A stretch of DNA of 64,000 bases, taken from assembly GCA_965649295.1 (NCBI GenBank), contig CBFGKH010000005.1, positions 123,937 through 187,936 of the forward strand. The letters run 5' to 3'. This stretch comes from a candidate division WOR-3 bacterium. Lineage in GTDB: Bacteria > Hydrothermota > Tepidihabitantia > Tepidihabitantales > Tepidihabitantaceae. The notes beneath the pieces were generated by a model, which worked only from the letters and a program-made list of their open reading frames with translations, had not been told where the DNA came from and ran no database searches. Both the position numbers and the translations under genes were made by a program. Numbering within the stretch: the first letter of the stretch is position 1; every line of letters starts with the position of its first letter. Shown here in pieces: positions 27,770 to 38,389 of this stretch.

Positions 27770-28261
27770 TTGCGTTACACCACACTCGATACGGTCGCGA
27801 TTATTCTGCTCGCAGCGGTCGCTGGGATTCAATTCCTGCGAGCGCGGGCCAACGTTGCTCGGGTCTTTTATGAGACCGCATCTTTGGTCGGCGCCGCTTA
27901 TGGTGCCAATCGGCTATATGGGAAAATCAGCGACCTGACTGGATGGTCGATCGCTGTCTCTTTTCTTGTTTGCTTCCTAGTGTTGGCTGTCGCCGGATTG
28001 GTGTTGGCGGCACTGCTGGCCGCCAGGCTGTACTTCGAACTCGGCATGTTCAGCTACCTGATTGGTCTGGCCTTGGCCTTCGTATCGGCCTATTCTTTTG
28101 GTCACGCAGCAATGCGTGTTTTCGAGTTTGGCTACGTCCGCGGTAATCCAGTCATGGTCGAAGCAATGATGCGATCGTGGGTCGCACGGGAGCTGCTTCA
28201 TTTCCGTACCGCTGTTGAGGTCAGGGCCATCCTTCGCTTCGCCCGTTGGCGCAACCTCTAG
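27770..28261 (+). CDS. CvpA-like membrane protein
   Basis: LD..AI..L N-terminus, four TM segments; paralog of 47859..48365. Confidence 0.55.
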   Translation: MRYTTLDTVAIILLAAVAGIQFLRARANVARVFYETASLVGAAYGANRLYGKISDLTGWSIAVSFLVCFLVLAVAGLVLAALLAARLYFELGMFSYLIGLALAFVSAYSFGHAAMRVFEFGYVRGNPVMVEAMMRSWVARELLHFRTAVEVRAILRFARWRNL

Positions 28262-28264
28262 CCG

Positions 28265-29353
28265 ATGCTAATCAGTCGTAAACCGTTTCTGCCGGGGCAA
28301 CTTCGGGCGGTCCGTTGGCGCAAAGGGGCAGTTGAGTTACTCGATCAGACCCAGCTTCCATGGCGCATCACTTGGTTGCGGCTCAAAACAGCCAAGGCAG
28401 TTGCAGCGGCAATCAAGAGACTGGCGGTCCGCGGCGCGCCGGCAATTGGCGTGGCTGCCGCTTACGGCCTCGCCACCGAAGCGTTGCGGTTGCCGGCAGG
28501 CCGACTGCGTGCCGGATTGGAGGCGGCGGCACAGCTACTGGTTGCGACTAGACCAACTGCCGTCAACCTGGGCTGGGCTGTCGAACGGGTAATGCTCGCG
28601 GTCACCGGTGACGGCGACAGCGAGACTCTGCGGCGTCGTGTTGTCCGTGCTGCCGTAGGAGTAGAACAGGAGGAAATCCGGCGTTCAATGGCCATCGCCC
28701 ATTGTGGCAGCCGGCTCATTGGCTGCAACCAGACGATTCTGACCATCTGCAACACCGGCGCTCTAGCCGGGCCCGGGTTTGGGACGGCTCTAGGTGCGAT
28801 CATCAAGGCTCAACTTGATGGTCGGAATCCTCGTGTCTATGTATGCGAGACCAGGCCTTTGCTGCAAGGAGCACGTCTGACCGTGTTTGAGCTACAACGG
28901 GCTGGGATTAGCTATGAACTGGTTGTTGATAGTGCAGCGGCCACGGTGATAGATCGGTGCGACCTGGTGCTTACTGGCGCTGACCGGATAGCAATGAACG
29001 GCGATACCGCCAACAAGGTAGGAACACGGATGTTGGCGTTCATGGCGCGGGCTGCCCGAAAGCCATTTTACGTTGCTGCTCCATTATCAACCTTCGATTT
29101 GACTTGCCGCTCTGGCAGTGAGATTACTATTGAAGAACGTTCGGCAGACGAGGTGCGACTGGTCGCAGGTCGTCGTGTTACGCTTGCAGAAGCTCCAGTG
29201 TTCAACCCGGCATTTGATATAACGCCGGGACGACTTGTAACTGGTTTTGTTACCGACGTCGGACTGGCGAAACCACCATATCGTATTTCACTTCGCCAAT
29301 TGGCTCGACAATCGGCCACATCCCCGGACGGCGTGCGGGCCCGGGCCGAGTAG
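28265..29353 (+). CDS. mtnA: Methylthioribose-1-phosphate isomerase
   Basis: LDQT.LP, VRGAPAIG, RPTAVNL, CNTG.LA, ETRP.LQGARLT, GADRI..NGD.ANKVG, NPAFDITP. Confidence 0.95.
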   Translation: MLISRKPFLPGQLRAVRWRKGAVELLDQTQLPWRITWLRLKTAKAVAAAIKRLAVRGAPAIGVAAAYGLATEALRLPAGRLRAGLEAAAQLLVATRPTAVNLGWAVERVMLAVTGDGDSETLRRRVVRAAVGVEQEEIRRSMAIAHCGSRLIGCNQTILTICNTGALAGPGFGTALGAIIKAQLDGRNPRVYVCETRPLLQGARLTVFELQRAGISYELVVDSAAATVIDRCDLVLTGADRIAMNGDTANKVGTRMLAFMARAARKPFYVAAPLSTFDLTCRSGSEITIEERSADEVRLVAGRRVTLAEAPVFNPAFDITPGRLVTGFVTDVGLAKPPYRISLRQLARQSATSPDGVRARAE

Positions 29354-29383
29354 CCCGAGCCCGCCAACAAGAGAACGAGACAG

Positions 29384-30055
29384 CTATTTCGTCGTAACGA
29401 AGACTTTCTCCATAATGACCGGCTGTTCGGGTCGATCCCCCGGTCCTGTTTTGACGGTTCCCAGTTTGTCGAGTACGTCCATTCCCTCAACTAGTTGTCC
29501 GATGACAGTGTACTGACCGTCGAGAGAAGGAAGGGGTTGCAGACAAAGGTAGAACTGACTGCCTGACGATTCGCGCTTGGGATTTACCATGTCACCGGTG
29601 CGTGCCATGGCCATCGAGCCCTTATCATGCCGGCGTTTGATCTCAGCCGGTACTGTGTAACCCGGTCCACCTGTGCCATCACCCTTCGGGTCACCGCCTT
29701 GAACCACAAATCCCGGCACAATGCGGTGGAACGTCAACCCGTTGTAGAATCCCTTGATCGCCAAGTTAGCAACGTTCGTCACGTTCTTTGGCGCGTCTTC
29801 AGTGTAGAACTTGATTTTCATTGTACCATAGTCACGCACCTTTATGGTCATAAACAGGTCTGACGGTAGCTTCGTGGCAACAAGTGTGTCTGTCAGCATG
29901 CTTTCACCGCCTTCAGTTGTCGGTTGACTTGCTGGTGTGGCGCTGGTTGAAGAATCAACTGCCGGCTTGGCTGGTTGTGACTGGGCGACCGGTTTAGGCC
30001 CGCCGCATCCGAACAAGAGCAAAACGCCAGCGATTAGGATTTGACCTAACTTCAT
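29384..30055 (-). CDS. Cyclophilin-type peptidyl-prolyl isomerase lipoprotein
   Basis: Lipobox LFGC; FHRIVPGFVVQGGDP, SGSQFY, LDGQYTV.G. Confidence 0.95.
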   Translation of the reverse strand: MKLGQILIAGVLLLFGCGGPKPVAQSQPAKPAVDSSTSATPASQPTTEGGESMLTDTLVATKLPSDLFMTIKVRDYGTMKIKFYTEDAPKNVTNVANLAIKGFYNGLTFHRIVPGFVVQGGDPKGDGTGGPGYTVPAEIKRRHDKGSMAMARTGDMVNPKRESSGSQFYLCLQPLPSLDGQYTVIGQLVEGMDVLDKLGTVKTGPGDRPEQPVIMEKVFVTTK

Positions 30056-30150
30056 TCATACCTCCTGTTAGGTATTAAGCAGAACACAAAGTTCAGGACG
30101 ATAGGGGCAGTTTCTCTGATGACAATCACTGTCGAAGGTCGGTTATCGAA

Positions 30151-31305
30151 TCAGTACCCCCAGCGACGTACACGGCGCTCCCAGCGTTCGCCGTAAGATA
30201 GCTGCAGCGTCAAACGCGCAGTTGTCTCACTCAATGATGCTCTGCGCGATATTAACTCTCCAGCGACATCGAGTGAACCAAAACCACGCACCGGCACACT
30301 AGCGCCTAAGTGTAGCGAACGTTCGACCACTGGAACTGCCAGGACATCATAGTAGCCTGAACTCATTGCGAATCCTGCTCGCAGTGCCTGACCGGAACTT
30401 AGGCGATAATCAACACCGATTGATGCCCGCGAAGAGTTACGGAAACCAAGTCCACGCGGTTGCTGCTGGTTCTGCTGCACTGTAGCGCCTGACCAAGGTC
30501 GCAGGGTCAGGCCAAGACTGGCAGTTATCCGGTCAGTTGGATTGACGCTAACCGCAACATGAAAAGTCTGAGGCAGCCTTAGTTGGTAACTGACAGTGGA
30601 GTCAGCAACGGTACCATGGACGAGGCGGTAACGAGTGGCGAACATCTGCAAGCTGGGTTCGTACAGAGCAGCAATGACTACCAGACGATAGCGAAGAGCA
30701 GCCGACAGCTCAAACGTGCTGCCGGCGTAGTCAATTTCAATTGTGTCAACTGATGTGACCCGGGCGTTGTCAATCTCGAAGCGCCAGTCTTCACGTGCCC
30801 CGCCGATGACTCGTTTATAGGTAGCCGCAACGGCCAGGTGGTTAAAAAATGACTTGGTCAGACCAGCGCGTAGCCCATAAATGCCGCCACGGCCGATGAT
30901 GTGACGGCGATAGGCAATGTCGGGGGCCGAGTCTGACCAAACATCAAAGTCCTGATTGAAGCTTTCCTGCAAAGACCCGCTCAGGCGGAGTCCCAGGGGC
31001 AAAGGTGCAGCCAGCCAGAACGAGACCGGACGAATGGCGGCGACCGCTCGCGTTCCGACCCGGCTACTGGCGATTGTCAGGTTACCTACTGCCGTGACGG
31101 CGAGTTCAGTTTGGCTGAGTTCAACGAGATTACCAAAGTTGATGTTCGACAAGGCATAAGGGTCACCAACTGCAAGATTTGCAGCATCACCGCTGCCAGT
31201 TACTTCGCCTAGTCCAAGCGAGTTCAGGTACGACTGCGCCGTGCCGATGCCTATCAGTAGTGACAGGCTAGCGCACAGTAAAACGGTCAACCGGTGGCAA
31301 AACAT
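30151..31305 (-). CDS. Outer-membrane beta-barrel protein (FadL/PorV-like); start uncertain
   Basis: S..GLG N-terminal motif, amphipathic strands, C-terminal GE.W..R; overlaps the upstream lipoprotein gene. Confidence 0.55.
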   Translation of the reverse strand: MFCHRLTVLLCASLSLLIGIGTAQSYLNSLGLGEVTGSGDAANLAVGDPYALSNINFGNLVELSQTELAVTAVGNLTIASSRVGTRAVAAIRPVSFWLAAPLPLGLRLSGSLQESFNQDFDVWSDSAPDIAYRRHIIGRGGIYGLRAGLTKSFFNHLAVAATYKRVIGGAREDWRFEIDNARVTSVDTIEIDYAGSTFELSAALRYRLVVIAALYEPSLQMFATRYRLVHGTVADSTVSYQLRLPQTFHVAVSVNPTDRITASLGLTLRPWSGATVQQNQQQPRGLGFRNSSRASIGVDYRLSSGQALRAGFAMSSGYYDVLAVPVVERSLHLGASVPVRGFGSLDVAGELISRRASLSETTARLTLQLSYGERWERRVRRWGY

Positions 31306-32410
31306 ACTGCACTTTGAGACTGCAACTGCTGGGTAGGCGTAATCGGAACAGTGTTGCCGAAAGATCATCGGGGGCGATCACAACACCGTAGTTGGTCGTA
31401 TCTCGACCGTCGGCGTTGCGACTAGCAGTCCAATACTGCACTAACGACGTGATGTTAAAACGAACAATAGTATCACCTGCGCGCGGTGAATACCAAACGG
31501 TGGTTGTCGGACTGGCGAGGTTGGGGTTGATTCCGCGGGCAGTGACAGGTTCGCTGAGACGCTGTACTGAGAGAGGAATTGAATCACCACGAAGATACTG
31601 GACAGTTGGACGGAAGCTAAGCTCGGCTGACGCCACAGTCGCCGAGCTTGGAATTTCTCGGAGTAGAAAGCGAAGCCAGGTTCGAAGAACGAACCCAGAC
31701 CCGACGAGAAGTTCATAGGGACTGACTGATCCGGCGACTGTATCACACAAGGTGGCATCGTCGGTGGTGACGAAATTGCGGGTATTGCCAGTACCGCGAT
31801 AGCTGATACGAGTGCGCGGCCGTCTCGTTTCTTCCGCTTCGGCCGAATGGAAGACGACGAAACCCGTGTCGTTGAGGGTCGCCGGTAATAGTAGGAGTCC
31901 GTTCGCGCGGATAGCTCGTTGGATACTGGAATCGAGAGCTTGGTACTCAATATTGAGTACGACACTGTCACGAACAACAGCACCGCGCGCCACGACTGTA
32001 TCATAGTAGTCGCCACCTCGACGCAACCACTGTTCCTCGGATTTCGCCAGAGCCCACGACACCGCTGGTTCTTCCCACTCAGTAGAACAGGGGTAGCAGA
32101 CAAAGCTGAAGGTGTCACTCCGGGTCGTATCAGCGAGATAGAGGACGAATTGCATTGAAACAACGGAGTCCAGGCTCAAGGTCTCGGGAATAGCAAAACG
32201 CACAAGGCAGCGCGCGCGGAAATTAAGGTCTTGTCCCAGCAGAAGTCTCTTAGCACTGCCGAGAGAAACGTAGCGACCGTAACACAAGACAGAGTCGGGG
32301 GTGAGCGTAACCAAGCCAGTTTCCGGTATTCGACCAAGCTCGTCGTAGCCCACCGGTAGTGTGTTACAGGCGAGGAAGACGCACGCCAGCAGCCACAAAG
32401 GAGCTTTCAT
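31268..32410 (-). CDS. Lipoprotein with DNRLRE/DUF4270-like beta-sandwich domains
   Basis: Lipobox FLAC; W.E..VSW....W...GGD, FHSAEA....RP, NITSLVQ.W....NYG motifs. Confidence 0.6.
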   Translation of the reverse strand: MKAPLWLLACVFLACNTLPVGYDELGRIPETGLVTLTPDSVLCYGRYVSLGSAKRLLLGQDLNFRARCLVRFAIPETLSLDSVVSMQFVLYLADTTRSDTFSFVCYPCSTEWEEPAVSWALAKSEEQWLRRGGDYYDTVVARGAVVRDSVVLNIEYQALDSSIQRAIRANGLLLLPATLNDTGFVVFHSAEAEETRRPRTRISYRGTGNTRNFVTTDDATLCDTVAGSVSPYELLVGSGFVLRTWLRFLLREIPSSATVASAELSFRPTVQYLRGDSIPLSVQRLSEPVTARGINPNLASPTTTVWYSPRAGDTIVRFNITSLVQYWTASRNADGRDTTNYGVVIAPDDLSATLFRLRLPSSCSLKVQYVLPPVDRFTVR

Positions 32411-33408
32411 GCGTCTGGCGCTTTTCGTTCGGCGAAAGCCTGACGAATATGCTCGCTCAGATTATCACGGGCCGCCTGATCAGCGAAAAGTAGAGCATTC
32501 ATCATTGCCCTTGGCGACGACCGACCGTGGGCCACAACAACTGCTCCTTGCACGCCGAGCATCAGGGCACCTCCACGTTCCTCGTAGTTCATTCGACCGA
32601 GGAACTCAGCCAGCACCGGCTTGGACAACCAGCGGCGCAGACGGTATTCGGTCTTGGATTCGAGATACTCGTGCAGCATGTCTTTCAGCACGTCCCCCAG
32701 GCCTTCGCCGTACTTAAGCAGGACGTTGCCAACAAAACCATCGCAGACAGCAACATCAACCGTGCCCTTCATTAGGTCCGTGCCTTCAACATTGCCAATG
32801 AAATTCAGTTCGCTGTTTCGGAGCAGTTCATGCGTAGCAAGTGCAAGTTCGTTGCCCTTTGAGCTCTCATGGCCGATGTTGATTAGACCGACGGTCGGGC
32901 TAGCTTTGCGTGAAAGATAGCTAACGGCGGTTGAACCCATTATCGCGAACTGAAGCAGTTGGTTGGGCTTACAGTCAACATTTGCGCCGACGTCAAGGAC
33001 CAATGTCCCACCGCCTTTGACCGTGGGGAACACAACGCCTAGCGTGGGACGATGGACGCCGGGGACGACACCGAGCGTAGTCACTGCAAAGGCCATAATC
33101 GCGCCCGTGTTGCCGGCACTGACAACAGCATCGACACGTCCCTGTTTTAGCAGGTTGAGGCAGACTGCCATTGATGAATTGCGTTTGCGCTTGACGACTT
33201 CAAACGGTGCCTCGTGCATGCCAACGGTTTCCTCAGCCGCAACGAGTTCGAACCGGTCGTGGTGACGATTACCTTGAACAGAGATGATGTCCGGTCGGCC
33301 GACAAGTACAAGCTCCAGGTCGCGCTGTTTGTCAAGCGCCATCTCGGCGCCAAGCAGCTCAGCAACCGGCGCCTGGTCGGTGCCCATGACATCGAGAGCG
33401 ACTCTCAC
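32407..33408 (-). CDS. plsX: Phosphate acyltransferase PlsX
   Basis: ALDVMG.D.AP, SAGNTGA, LDVGAN.D, CDGFVGN..LK, HGRS. Confidence 0.96.
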   Translation of the reverse strand: MRVALDVMGTDQAPVAELLGAEMALDKQRDLELVLVGRPDIISVQGNRHHDRFELVAAEETVGMHEAPFEVVKRKRNSSMAVCLNLLKQGRVDAVVSAGNTGAIMAFAVTTLGVVPGVHRPTLGVVFPTVKGGGTLVLDVGANVDCKPNQLLQFAIMGSTAVSYLSRKASPTVGLINIGHESSKGNELALATHELLRNSELNFIGNVEGTDLMKGTVDVAVCDGFVGNVLLKYGEGLGDVLKDMLHEYLESKTEYRLRRWLSKPVLAEFLGRMNYEERGGALMLGVQGAVVVAHGRSSPRAMMNALLFADQAARDNLSEHIRQAFAERKAPDA

Positions 33409-33455
33409 CTTGACAGCTTAGCTAGTTGGCTGACGGTCTGCTGCCGTCTGTTGGG

Positions 33456-33647
33456 CTATCCGATTTCCTTCTTCTCAACGAAGACAACCTCTTTGCCTGC
33501 GTAGTAGCCGCAGTGGGGGCATACGCGATGCGGCAGCTTCGGCTCGTGGCAATGTGGGCATTCCAATACCGACGGTGCTGTAAGCTTCCAGCCTGTACGT
33601 CGCTTGCGCCCGCGTGTCTTCGAGTGTCGCCGTTTTGGTAAGGGCAT
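33456..33647 (-). CDS. rpmF: 50S ribosomal protein L32
   Basis: PKRRHSK.R...RR, CPHC...[12 protein letters not shown]. Confidence 0.96.
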   Translation of the reverse strand: MPLPKRRHSKTRGRKRRTGWKLTAPSVLECPHCHEPKLPHRVCPHCGYYAGKEVVFVEKKEIG

Positions 33648-34303
33648 CGGTCCTCCTGCATTGTTATGCTATTGATTGGCTGTATTCTATCTTCGTTTCG
33701 CTGCATGTCAAACAGCCTTGGGAGCAACAGAGTTCTGTTGCCGACTGGGGCTGCAATCATATAGGCTAGCCGGGTAGTTAAAGTACTGGGTTGGTTAACC
33801 GCAGGCCACGCTACAAGTAGATTCACTGATAACCAAGAACACTTACTCCGCAGGCCCGCCAGCAACCTTGGGCAAGGAACTGTGTGCTGCTACGTCCACG
33901 AGGTCTATGCGAGCAAGGTCCGAAATTCTTCTACAGGCCCGCTCGCATGCCCATCCGGAAGGGCCCTTCGCGGTGGTTACTTCGGCGGCTGCATATGTGG
34001 TGGTTTGATGACCATCAGAGACAGTCCCGAGGATGGGGGAGTGGAAGCTAGCGAAAACTTGGCATCATTTCACTACTCAGTGGGTTACAGACGACTTGTG
34101 AGACTTCGTGTTGCACCCGAAGACAGGTGCATCGTCATTGCTTCGTTGACTGCGAGCCATTTGCGCGATAGAATTGTTCAGCTCGCAGCACAGAGGGGAC
34201 TGCGGCGCGCATGACCGTCTCTTGGGTTTAGAGGGAGCAGAGTCAGCATGAAGGTCGTGGGGTTAACATGGCTCGACCTCTGATAATTTGATTGGAGGTC
34301 AAC

Positions 34304-37300
34304 ATGCCTAGTGCTTGGAACAAAATGATGCTAGCGCTATTCCTGGCCGTAGTAGGGCCATCGGTGGGAGAAGCTAGCAGTGCTGCTGCGTCAGTTGATG
34401 CTCTGATTCCTAATGGCGCAGTCGAACTGCCAGGCCTACGAACAGAATGTTCACGAACATTCGCTTTGCCAGATGGCAAACGGCTAGTCGAGATAGCACC
34501 CGTTCCCTTGTTCCGGCGCGCCAACGACGGCATCTGGTTACCGGTAGACACCGATTCGACTGATTCAGTCTTTCCCTCAATTGCCGCGTGGTGGACAGGT
34601 CATGTTCGCAGCCAGAATCAGGTGGGCACCGTCAAGAACGACAACCAAATCTACTGGCGTGGCGGCAACAGTGCCTCTGCTGACAAGCGACGCGGTTGGA
34701 TGAAGTTTGACCTCTCACCCGTTCCTGATGATGGAACCGTGAATGCCACCGGGATCGTGTACTACTGTGACGCGATCGACCCAAACGGTGGTCCCAACTC
34801 TGTCATAACTCACGTAACAATTGACCCGGTGCCGGCCACGGCCACTACACTTTGGAGTGCAATATACAACGGGACAGCATGCACGAACCCATCCGGCCAC
34901 GGTGTGGGTTGGGTACTGCGGCCGCTGAACGCTGCTGGAGTTGCGGCTGTTGTCGCCGGTCTGGCCCAGAACTGGGTTTGCTATGGCATCTACGAAACAG
35001 GGACCAGCGACAGTCGCTGGGGAACAGCACTCGGCTACTATCCTCGGGCAACAGCACCACGATTGTATGTCACCTATACACCACCTCCGCCGCTTCCTGA
35101 TATCGGCGTGACCGCTATCGTTGCCCCCCAGGGCAGCTACGATACCGGTTCAATGATAATACCTCAATATGTTGTGCATAACTATCACACGGCCCCATTT
35201 GGTTACACAGCCCACGTCTTTCTTAGAAATCCTAGTGGTACAAGGGTCTGGAGTGACTTCAAGGTCGTCTCGAATCAAAGTGCCGGAACTGACACGGTAT
35301 TGACCTTTGGCGGTTACAACGTCGGTGGGGTGTCAGGTAATTGGACGGTGCGTTGCTCGGTGTTCGCCTCGGTTGATACTCACCGCGTGAACGACACTCT
35401 AAACGGCACCTTTCAGGTTCAGCCACGCCACATTGACGTAGCACCGACCGTACTACTGACGCCGGTCGGCTCTCTGGACACGGGTGTGACTGTTCAGCCC
35501 TCGGGGATTTGGCGCAACAACACGCCACAATTCCCGGCTAGCTTCAAAGCCTATTTCAAACTCCGGAACCCAAGTAGCCAGATTGTCTATACTGAGTCAA
35601 TAGCGGTGACCGGCTTAGGTGCCGGGGCTGAGACGACTTTGGTCTTTCCATCATACTACTTCGGAACACAAGAAGGCAACTGGCTTGCCCGCTGCTCGAC
35701 GTGGTCGCCGATAGACACTAACCACGCCAACGACGTTCGGCAGGAACCCTTCATTGTCACGCGTTGGCGCGTGCCTCAGGACGTTGGCGTGACAACGATA
35801 TCATCGCCTGTTGGCCGCTATGACACTGGTGCCACAATTCAGCGCATCGCTGTGTGGCACAACTATCTGAGCGGCACAGCCAACTTCTACGCATACATGA
35901 TGCTGTACAAACCCAATGGCGCGCTGGTATCCACTCAACAGATGGCAGTCAACAATCTCCCCGGTTACGCTGATACAACCATCGTATTTGCACCGTACAC
36001 CCTGGATACGACCGTTGGAGTCTGGACTGTTCGTTGCTCCACTTATGCTGGCGGCGATACTGTTCACGGTAACGACACCAGACAGCAGACCTTTCTAGTT
36101 TGGCCAGAGTATGTTGACGTCGGGGTCGTCGGTATCACGGCACCCGCTGGCTCGGTTGACACAAACACCATCCTGCAACCGACAGCGACAATACGAAACT
36201 ATGCGACTCAGTTTTCGGCAAATCTCAAAGCTTGGTTCTTCCTTGAAAACCCTCAGGGCCAACGCGTTTACGCCGAATCGGTCCCTGTTCACAATCTTGC
36301 TGCTGGCGCGCAGCGCAGTATCGCATTCCCATCGTACAATGTTGGTCAGATGACCGGCGCGTGGGTCGCCCGTTGCTCGACTTGGTGCGCGCTAGATTCT
36401 AACCCGACAAATGACTTCGCTGCTCAGGGATTTGTGGTTTCGGCCGCACCACTCTTTGTTGATGTCGGTGTCCGCGCAATAACTGCGCCAACTGGTTCCT
36501 GGGATACCGGCTCGGTCGTGCAGCCGACAGCAATCTGGCGTAATTACTCGGCGACTCGACTTGCCTCGTTCTGGGCATGGTTCATGCTCTTCGAGCCCGA
36601 GGGAGAAATGGTGTATCGTGAGTCACTGCAGGTTTCCGGCCTCGAACCGGGTATCGAGCTCTCACTTACCTTCCCGCAGTACAACTTAGGTAGTTTCGAG
36701 GGCAACTGGCTCGCCCGCTGCTCCACCTGGGCGGCAGAGGATTCGAATCGGTTCAATGACGTTTTGCAGCAAGAGTTCACTGTGACTTGTTGGACAATCA
36801 GACGTGACGTTGGTGTCAGACGAATTGACTCGCCGATCGGTATCTACGATACAGGTGCAACCGTCAATCGGATTGCAGTCTGGCACAATTTCTTCGCTGC
36901 GCCAGTAACTTTCGATGCCATCTTCATTATCGAAAAGCCAGGTGGATTACGTGTATCGGTTGAACAAATCCAAGTAATCAATCTGGCGGGCAATGCTGAT
37001 ACGACGATTGACTTCGGACCATATGTGCTCGACACGACACAAGGCGATTGGACGGTGCGCTGTTCGACCGGAATCGAATACGACACGTGTCGCACGAATA
37101 ATGTCTTGGTGAGTAACTTCGGAGTCTGGCAAGGGGGTAAGGGCCCGTGGCCGTATGGATGGTCCGAGGTCAGGTCGGTTCCTGCTGATCGGTCCGGTAA
37201 ACCAGTTAAGGCAGGCGGCTGGCTTGAGTTTATGCCCGAGCGGCGGGTGCTTTTTGCGGCCAAGGGTAACAATACCGAGGACTTCTATTCCTACGATCCG

Positions 37301-38389
37301 CTTGGCGACCGCTGGACTAGGCTGGCTCCTGTCCCTCCCGGAACTGGCGGCAGACTGCCGAAGAAGGGAGCGATCGGTTGTGCTGACGCCAATCGTTACG
37401 TCTATCTCGCTCGTGGAAGCAACACGACTGATTTCTTGCGGTATGATGCGGTCTTCGATACTTGGGAGAACCTGGCCGCCGTACCATTGACACCGAGTAA
37501 CAAGGCCGTAAAAGGTGGCGGCGATGTGGTCTATGTTGAAATTGCCGACACCGGCTATGTCTACCTCTTGAAAGGCGGCAAGTGCGACTTCTATCGCTAC
37601 AATACTATTAGCAACACCTGGGAAACAATGCGTAGCGCGCCAATAGGTACGGCGGCAAAATGGGACGGCGGTTCTTGGTTGGCCTACGATGGCTCAGGAA
37701 CCATCTATGCCCACCGCTCAAAAAAGCATGACCTTTGGGCATACGATATTGCCACTGACTCCTGGACGAAGCAGTTGACAGGTATGCCGTATATGCGGCA
37801 GATTCCGGGCCGTGCTAAGAAAGCCAAGGATGGTAGCTCGGGAACGTGGTTTGACGGTTGCCTCTACGCGCTAAAGGGCGGCAACACCTGCGAGTTCTAC
37901 CGCTACGCGATAGACGGCGATAGCTGGATTGGCCTTGAATCAATGCCGGCCATCGGACGCAGTGGCCGTAAGAAGAAGGTCAAGGATGGTGGGGCAATCG
38001 TTGCTTACGGTGACAGCGTGTTCTTTGCCCTCAAGGGTGGCGGAACAGTAGAATGCTGGCGCTATCGTCTATCGGCGCCAGTGTACCGTTACAAACCTCT
38101 AACCCAGCCACGTGACGGTTGCGCTTCCACAGGCCCAATAGGAGCTCTTAGCTTGGAATTAGCACCGAACCCAATCGTTTCCGGACGACTGAATCTTCGC
38201 TACAATCTGCCATTGGCCAATGGTGAGCTTACCATCGTTGACATTCTTGGCAGAATTGTCTATCGCGTCAGCCTGCCAGACAGAGTTGGTGTCTTGACCA
38301 TTGATCGACGACGACTGCGTGGTGGCGTATATTCGGCAAGAGTTGAAGCCGGTGGTCTTGCCAAGACTGCGAAGCTCGTTGTGCGCTAA
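34304..38389 (+). CDS. Large secreted modular protein: N-terminal domain, six Ig/CARDB-like repeats, Kelch-like propeller, T9SS-type C-terminal domain
   Basis: GGAGG RBS and signal peptide; repeats DVGV..I..P.G..DTG...W.(V/A)RCS....D....ND; KGxNT..F..Y blades; PNP...DILGR...GVY...K.V tail. Confidence 0.8.
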   Translation: MPSAWNKMMLALFLAVVGPSVGEASSAAASVDALIPNGAVELPGLRTECSRTFALPDGKRLVEIAPVPLFRRANDGIWLPVDTDSTDSVFPSIAAWWTGHVRSQNQVGTVKNDNQIYWRGGNSASADKRRGWMKFDLSPVPDDGTVNATGIVYYCDAIDPNGGPNSVITHVTIDPVPATATTLWSAIYNGTACTNPSGHGVGWVLRPLNAAGVAAVVAGLAQNWVCYGIYETGTSDSRWGTALGYYPRATAPRLYVTYTPPPPLPDIGVTAIVAPQGSYDTGSMIIPQYVVHNYHTAPFGYTAHVFLRNPSGTRVWSDFKVVSNQSAGTDTVLTFGGYNVGGVSGNWTVRCSVFASVDTHRVNDTLNGTFQVQPRHIDVAPTVLLTPVGSLDTGVTVQPSGIWRNNTPQFPASFKAYFKLRNPSSQIVYTESIAVTGLGAGAETTLVFPSYYFGTQEGNWLARCSTWSPIDTNHANDVRQEPFIVTRWRVPQDVGVTTISSPVGRYDTGATIQRIAVWHNYLSGTANFYAYMMLYKPNGALVSTQQMAVNNLPGYADTTIVFAPYTLDTTVGVWTVRCSTYAGGDTVHGNDTRQQTFLVWPEYVDVGVVGITAPAGSVDTNTILQPTATIRNYATQFSANLKAWFFLENPQGQRVYAESVPVHNLAAGAQRSIAFPSYNVGQMTGAWVARCSTWCALDSNPTNDFAAQGFVVSAAPLFVDVGVRAITAPTGSWDTGSVVQPTAIWRNYSATRLASFWAWFMLFEPEGEMVYRESLQVSGLEPGIELSLTFPQYNLGSFEGNWLARCSTWAAEDSNRFNDVLQQEFTVTCWTIRRDVGVRRIDSPIGIYDTGATVNRIAVWHNFFAAPVTFDAIFIIEKPGGLRVSVEQIQVINLAGNADTTIDFGPYVLDTTQGDWTVRCSTGIEYDTCRTNNVLVSNFGVWQGGKGPWPYGWSEVRSVPADRSGKPVKAGGWLEFMPERRVLFAAKGNNTEDFYSYDPLGDRWTRLAPVPPGTGGRLPKKGAIGCADANRYVYLARGSNTTDFLRYDAVFDTWENLAAVPLTPSNKAVKGGGDVVYVEIADTGYVYLLKGGKCDFYRYNTISNTWETMRSAPIGTAAKWDGGSWLAYDGSGTIYAHRSKKHDLWAYDIATDSWTKQLTGMPYMRQIPGRAKKAKDGSSGTWFDGCLYALKGGNTCEFYRYAIDGDSWIGLESMPAIGRSGRKKKVKDGGAIVAYGDSVFFALKGGGTVECWRYRLSAPVYRYKPLTQPRDGCASTGPIGALSLELAPNPIVSGRLNLRYNLPLANGELTIVDILGRIVYRVSLPDRVGVLTIDRRRLRGGVYSARVEAGGLAKTAKLVVR
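35099..37130 (+). repeat. Six tandem ~113-aa intragenic Ig-like repeats
   Basis: Units begin DIGV, DVAP, DVGV, DVGV, DVGV, DVGV; units 3 and 6 share RIAVWHN and YxLDTT, units 2 and 5 share EGNWLARCSTW. Confidence 0.8.

Noticed and set aside
33950..33970. CCGGAAGG resembling the SRP RNA loop
   Set aside because: Lacks the flanking CAGG...AGCAG symmetric loop and the long SRP stem.
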